Shown: positions 17,008 to 20,585 of the stretch, one piece after another
Numbering within the stretch: the first letter of the stretch is position 1
How the letters are laid out: every line of letters begins with the position of its first letter
Origin: Candidatus Nanohaloarchaea archaeon
Lineage (GTDB): Archaea; Nanohalarchaeota; Nanosalinia; Nanosalinales; Nanosalinaceae
Direction of reading: 5' to 3'
DNA: 20,585 nucleotides
NCBI GenBank assembly: GCA_041640075.1
Contig: JBEQAY010000020.1
Coordinates: 1 to 20,585 of the forward strand
Translations under genes and position numbers: made by a program
Notes under the pieces: generated by a model
Told to the model about the DNA's origin: nothing
The model's input: the letters and a program-made list of their open reading frames with translations, nothing else
Databases searched by the model: none

Positions 17008-17481
17008 GTGACCTCCAGAAATCTGGACTCAGAGTACTTCGAAGACAACCCTCTTTACCACTGGACAGAGAAAGCAGGTGTACTCAACACAGTAACAAAT
17101 ATTCTCTTGACAAGTATCGCCAAGATCCTTCCAATGAAAACAAAGAACTCATTACTCAGAAAAATCGGTTTAGATATTGGTGAAGATGTGGCTATAGCCT
17201 TTGGCGTCCAGGTTGACATCTTCTACCCGGAAAGAATCAGTATAGGAAGTGAATCAGTCATAGGATACGGAACAACTATTTTAACTCATGAAACGACTAC
17301 AGAAAGGTTTTCCATAGGAGAGGTTCGAATCGGAGAGGAAGTCCTTATCGGTGCCAATACAACTATCTTGCCGGGTGTGGAGATAGGAGATGGAGCCGTG
17401 GTCTCAGCGAACTCACTTGTCAACAGAGATGTTAAACCTGGTGAAGAAGTCGAAGGCGTACCCATAAAGGAGCGTGAATAA
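17008..17481 (+). CDS. yvoF: Left-handed beta-helix O-acetyltransferase, YvoF-like (ether-lipid acetyltransferase type)
   Basis: N.LYHW, KN.LLR.IG, DIFYPERISIG..SVIGYGTTILTHE, IGEVRIGEEVLIGANTTILPGVEIGDGAVVSANSLVNRDV. This closely follows the B. subtilis YvoF sequence as I recall it. Confidence 0.8.
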   Translation: MTSRNLDSEYFEDNPLYHWTEKAGVLNTVTNILLTSIAKILPMKTKNSLLRKIGLDIGEDVAIAFGVQVDIFYPERISIGSESVIGYGTTILTHETTTERFSIGEVRIGEEVLIGANTTILPGVEIGDGAVVSANSLVNRDVKPGEEVEGVPIKERE

Positions 17482-17482
17482 C

Positions 17483-17869
17483 TTGACTGCGCTAGAAGAT
17501 ATACTTGAAGCGGTGAAGAGTAGGAGAGGAATCAGTTTTTCACAGCTTAAAGATAAGACTGGTAGAGGTAATGGAACGGTACAGTATCACGTAAATACTC
17601 ATCCAGAGATCGGAAAAAAGAACGATGCAATTATACACAGGCAGAGATGCAGCAACTGCCCACTGGAAAATTTCTGCAGGGATAAATGCGTAAAGATGCT
17701 TCTTGAGCAGCCTCTGAGGAGAAAGATTCTTTTGAAAAAACTTGAAGGCATGCAGAACAACGCCATAGCTTCGGAACTAGATATACATAAGTCCACGGTC
17801 AGTTACCATCTTTCGAAACTTCCTGAGGCTTCTGAAGAGTTCCATGAAGCACTGGAAGAGGAGCTCTAG
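17483..17869 (+). CDS. Double winged-HTH transcription regulator with a central Cys cluster
   Basis: HTH1 GISFSQL......GTVQYH, HTH2 IASELDIHKSTVSYHLSKL, linker CSNCPLENFCRDKC. TTG 17483 follows the SD-like GGAGCGTGA after 5 nt; the tracked GTG lies inside that box. Confidence 0.75.
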   Translation: MTALEDILEAVKSRRGISFSQLKDKTGRGNGTVQYHVNTHPEIGKKNDAIIHRQRCSNCPLENFCRDKCVKMLLEQPLRRKILLKKLEGMQNNAIASELDIHKSTVSYHLSKLPEASEEFHEALEEEL

Positions 17870-17930
17870 AAAATGACAGTTGCAAGTTTCTACCAACAAG
17901 GTTTTATTCTGGCTCGAAAAAACTCGGATT

Positions 17931-18695
17931 ATGACAAGATTTTCTGGGAGGACTGCGATTGTTACAGGGTCTGCATCCGGAATCGGCAGAGGTATAGCTC
18001 AAAAACTCGGAGCTGAAGGCGCAAAAGTGGTAGTGGCTGATCTGTCTCCTGAACCTAACACAGGCGGTACACCAACCCACCAGAAAATACAGGAAGAAGG
18101 TGGGGACGCGATATTTCTAGAAACTGACGTCACTGATGAAGAATCTATACAGGACACAGTTTACAAAGCAGCAGAAAAATACGGAAAAATAGATATACTT
18201 GTAAACAACGCTGGAGTACACCACTCTGCATCTGTAACAGATGAGACAGAGGCAGGCTGGAGTCAGGTTATAGGAGTAAACCTTAACGGAGCATTTATGT
18301 GCAGTAAACACGTTATCCAGCACATGCTGGACGAAGATGTGCAGGGAGATATCGTCAACATCGGCAGTATCGCAGGTCTTGTCGGCTACGGTGAAAGCGC
18401 GGCCTACTGCGCATCCAAGGGTGCTATAGTTGAACTTACACGTGAGATGGCGATTGACTACGGTGACAAAGGTATCAACGTCAATGCAGTTGATCCAGGT
18501 GTGATCAAGACGGCTATGACCAAAGATATGCGTGAAGACGATCAGACAAGGCAGTTCATGGAGCAGAACACTGCTCTTCCCCGTCTCGGAGAACCTGAGG
18601 ATATCGCAAACGCTGTAGCTTTTCTCGCATCCGATGAAAGCGACTTCATCACAGGGGAGAACCTGGTTGTTGATGGAGGCTGGACGGCTAAATGA
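17931..18695 (+). CDS. SDR family NAD-dependent oxidoreductase
   Basis: TGSASGIG, VVAD (NAD preference), NNAG, YCASK, PGVI.T, ITG..LVVDGG. ATG 17931 preferred (TTTTATT about 25 nt upstream). Confidence 0.93.
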   Translation: MTRFSGRTAIVTGSASGIGRGIAQKLGAEGAKVVVADLSPEPNTGGTPTHQKIQEEGGDAIFLETDVTDEESIQDTVYKAAEKYGKIDILVNNAGVHHSASVTDETEAGWSQVIGVNLNGAFMCSKHVIQHMLDEDVQGDIVNIGSIAGLVGYGESAAYCASKGAIVELTREMAIDYGDKGINVNAVDPGVIKTAMTKDMREDDQTRQFMEQNTALPRLGEPEDIANAVAFLASDESDFITGENLVVDGGWTAK

Positions 18696-19669
18696 AGGTT
18701 GCATGGTTTGATACGGAAGACTGGGAACGCGACTATCTGGAAGGAAAAACAGGAGGAATGGATATAGAGTTCTTTCAGGAGTCTCTGACAGCGGAGAAAG
18801 CAGATGAAATAGAAGATTTTGATGCTGTAACAGTTTTCGTCGAGTCAAAAGTTGATGAAGAAGTTATTCAGAAGATAGATGTTGACTACGTCGCCTGCAG
18901 ATCAACAGGATACGACCACGTTGATCTGGAGGCAGCAGAGGAGAAAAACGTTACAGTTCTCAACGTACCGGAGTATGGAGGTACAACAGTCGCTGAGCAT
19001 ACTTTTGGACTTATACTGGCTCTTTCCCGGAAGATTTACTCGGCAGTCAGGAAGGTAGATGAGGGAGAGTTTGATCATAAAGGTCTGCGAGGATTTGATC
19101 TGAAGGGAAAAACTCTTGGAGTTATAGGAACAGGTTCAATAGGCCAGAACGTGATAAGAATCGCCAACGGCTTTGATATGGACGTTATCGCTTCGGATCC
19201 GTATCCGGATAAGGAAGTAGCAGATGAACTTGGCTTCATGTATGTCAGCATGGATGATCTCCTGGAAAAAGCGGATATAATCACGATCCACTGCCCTTTG
19301 ACGGATGGAACAAAACATCTCCTCTCTGATGAAGAGTTCTCCCGTATGCAGGACACTGTACTTGTGAACACGTCTCGTGGCGAGATCATAGATACTGAAG
19401 CACTTATAGAAGCCCTGGAGGGTGGAAAAGTAAGTGAAGCAGGTCTTGATGTTCTTGAGGAGGAGTGCTACATAGAGGATGACGTAAAGTACCTAAGCGA
19501 CCTTAAAGAGAAATGCGACCCTCAGATAATCCTGGAGGATCATATCCTTATGAACAGGGATGACGTCCTGATCACACCTCACAACGCTTTCAACAGCCAG
19601 GAAGCACTTTACAGGATCGAAGACACAACTTTACGTAACCTGAGGCAGAAGGAAAACCCTGTAAACTAA
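18692..19669 (+). CDS. D-2-hydroxyacid dehydrogenase, D-lactate dehydrogenase (LdhA)-like
   Basis: RSTGYDHVD, VPEYG..TVAEH, GVIGTGSIG, HCPLT, NTSRG, LDVLEEE, TPHNAFNS. ATGA overlap with the SDR stop. Confidence 0.9.
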   Translation: MKVAWFDTEDWERDYLEGKTGGMDIEFFQESLTAEKADEIEDFDAVTVFVESKVDEEVIQKIDVDYVACRSTGYDHVDLEAAEEKNVTVLNVPEYGGTTVAEHTFGLILALSRKIYSAVRKVDEGEFDHKGLRGFDLKGKTLGVIGTGSIGQNVIRIANGFDMDVIASDPYPDKEVADELGFMYVSMDDLLEKADIITIHCPLTDGTKHLLSDEEFSRMQDTVLVNTSRGEIIDTEALIEALEGGKVSEAGLDVLEEECYIEDDVKYLSDLKEKCDPQIILEDHILMNRDDVLITPHNAFNSQEALYRIEDTTLRNLRQKENPVN

Positions 19670-19701
19670 ATTTTTCTCTCCAGATAACTTTTCAACTCTT
19701 T

Positions 19702-20256
19702 TTATTCCTTCCAGAAGTTCCTGTAACTGAGAAGTGCTACTGCTGCGAAGGCTGCTGCCGCCATCACAGGAATCGTGATGTGGCCGTAGTAGAAAGTGTA
19801 GGTTGCCTCACATGATACAGAGGTTATAGAGCAACCCTTGGACTGGAGTGCCGGAAGGAACTGAATCATGTAGTGATAAACTGCTATAGCAAGACCTGTC
19901 AATGAAAGAGGCAAAGTATAGTCTGCGACGTCATCATTCTCCAGGAACAGCGACATGCCAAATAAAATTACCAGCGGGTACATGAGAATCCTCTGATACC
20001 AGCAGAGCCGGCAAGGCTCCCAGCCCAGAAAGTTTGAAAGGTAAAGACTGCCTGAAGTAGCTAAAAGTGTAAAAACGAATCCTATCTCCCTGTATCTCCT
20101 GTCAAGAAAGCTCTGGAACTCTTCAAACTTATCGCTGAACGGTAGATCGAAAAATCTCTGCCCTGCCGCGACCAGAACATATGCAAGGATCGCGATCTCT
20201 GTCAAAAGTGTTCCTGTCGCCAGGAAGGCGACTAGAGGTTCCTCAAGTCCCAGCAT
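19702..20256 (-). CDS. Disulfide bond formation protein B (DsbB/BdbC family)
   Basis: GSLYLS....EPCRLCWYQRILMYPL, YHY.IQ, second Cys pair CSITSVSC, ITIP.MA. Confidence 0.92.
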   Translation of the reverse strand: MLGLEEPLVAFLATGTLLTEIAILAYVLVAAGQRFFDLPFSDKFEEFQSFLDRRYREIGFVFTLLATSGSLYLSNFLGWEPCRLCWYQRILMYPLVILFGMSLFLENDDVADYTLPLSLTGLAIAVYHYMIQFLPALQSKGCSITSVSCEATYTFYYGHITIPVMAAAAFAAVALLSYRNFWKE

Positions 20257-20289
20257 AAACTACTCATTGAACACGGGTGGTTAAAAATA

Positions 20290-20585
20290 TCAGCCTGTTT
20301 CAGGCAGCCTGTACAGGTGGGCGTCACAGTCACAGTCGGAGGCGCCGAAACCGTTTACAGCCTCACAGTTTTCCTGGGCTGCTCTTGAGAAGGTGCACTC
20401 CCATCTCGAATCTACAGGAAAAGCAGCGAAACCAAGTGGATCTGCAACAGCTGAGAAATAATCTATATGCCAGTGAGTGTTCTCCTTGCTTCCTGATGCA
20501 TGGCGTTGAACACGGGATTCAAGGGAGTTCATCGCGGAGCCGATGTAAACATATTTTCCAGGTTCAAAGTTCATTTCTCCGAGTG
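20290..20585 (-). CDS. GIY-YIG nuclease family protein (DUF123-like); N-terminus beyond the right edge
   Basis: The frame continues upstream (LGEM). PGKYVYIGSA....RV.RH, HWHIDY, EC, GFGASDC.C.AHL. Confidence 0.85.
   Translation of the reverse strand, partial: LGEMNFEPGKYVYIGSAMNSLESRVQRHASGSKENTHWHIDYFSAVADPLGFAAFPVDSRWECTFSRAAQENCEAVNGFGASDCDCDAHLYRLPETG

Noticed and set aside
18117..18848. 243-aa minus-strand ORF and other long overlapping ORFs (e.g. 2124-2564, 8187-8699, 11762-12235)
   Set aside because: They overlap well-supported genes, lack the acidic composition and show no motifs. Antisense ORFs are common opposite SDR genes.
20290..20585. GIY-YIG gene as a homing endonuclease or mobile element
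   Set aside because: The HWHIDY and GFGASDC.C motifs match the stand-alone archaeal DUF123 family, and no intron, intein or terminal repeats are visible.
1..20585. tRNA, rRNA, CRISPR arrays, IS elements
   Set aside because: Intergenic gaps are all under about 150 nt with no cloverleaf or spaced direct repeats, and no transposase or integrase motifs were seen.

Overview
Compact, gene-dense archaeal chromosomal window. The proteins are strongly Glu/Asp-rich but GC is only moderate, which best fits a nanohaloarchaeon (DPANN); this taxonomic call is an inference. The left part (1-8.1 kb) is a tRNA-metabolism neighbourhood: bacterial-type thrS (missed by the ORF track, runs off the left edge), aTrm56, RNase Z, Trm11/TrmG10 and RNase P subunit Rpp21. 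These are interleaved with two paralogous UPF0104 (LPG-synthase-TM/flippase-like) genes, a Yip1 protein and two acidic orphans. The middle (8.2-17.5 kb) holds enzymes whose families mostly act on membrane lipids or glycans: a GT2 with QxxRW, a 777-aa alpha/alpha-toroid orphan, a LafB/CpoA-like GT4, a Thr-nucleophile sulfatase-like enzyme, DUF2070, a PHP phosphoesterase and a YvoF-like ether-lipid acetyltransferase, plus a SufT/DUF59 factor. The right part has a double-HTH regulator with a 4-Cys insert, an SDR, a D-lactate-dehydrogenase-like gene, DsbB/BdbC and a partial GIY-YIG (DUF123) gene. Two observations stand out. (1) Two genes appear to start at near-cognate ATA and ATC codons placed exactly 5 nt after a GGTGAT Shine-Dalgarno box, while most TATA-proximal genes use ATG. 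(2) The middle cluster is a candidate toolkit for remodelling host-derived archaeol lipids. No tRNA, rRNA, CRISPR array or transposase was seen. Family assignments come from motif recognition by eye, not from database searches.
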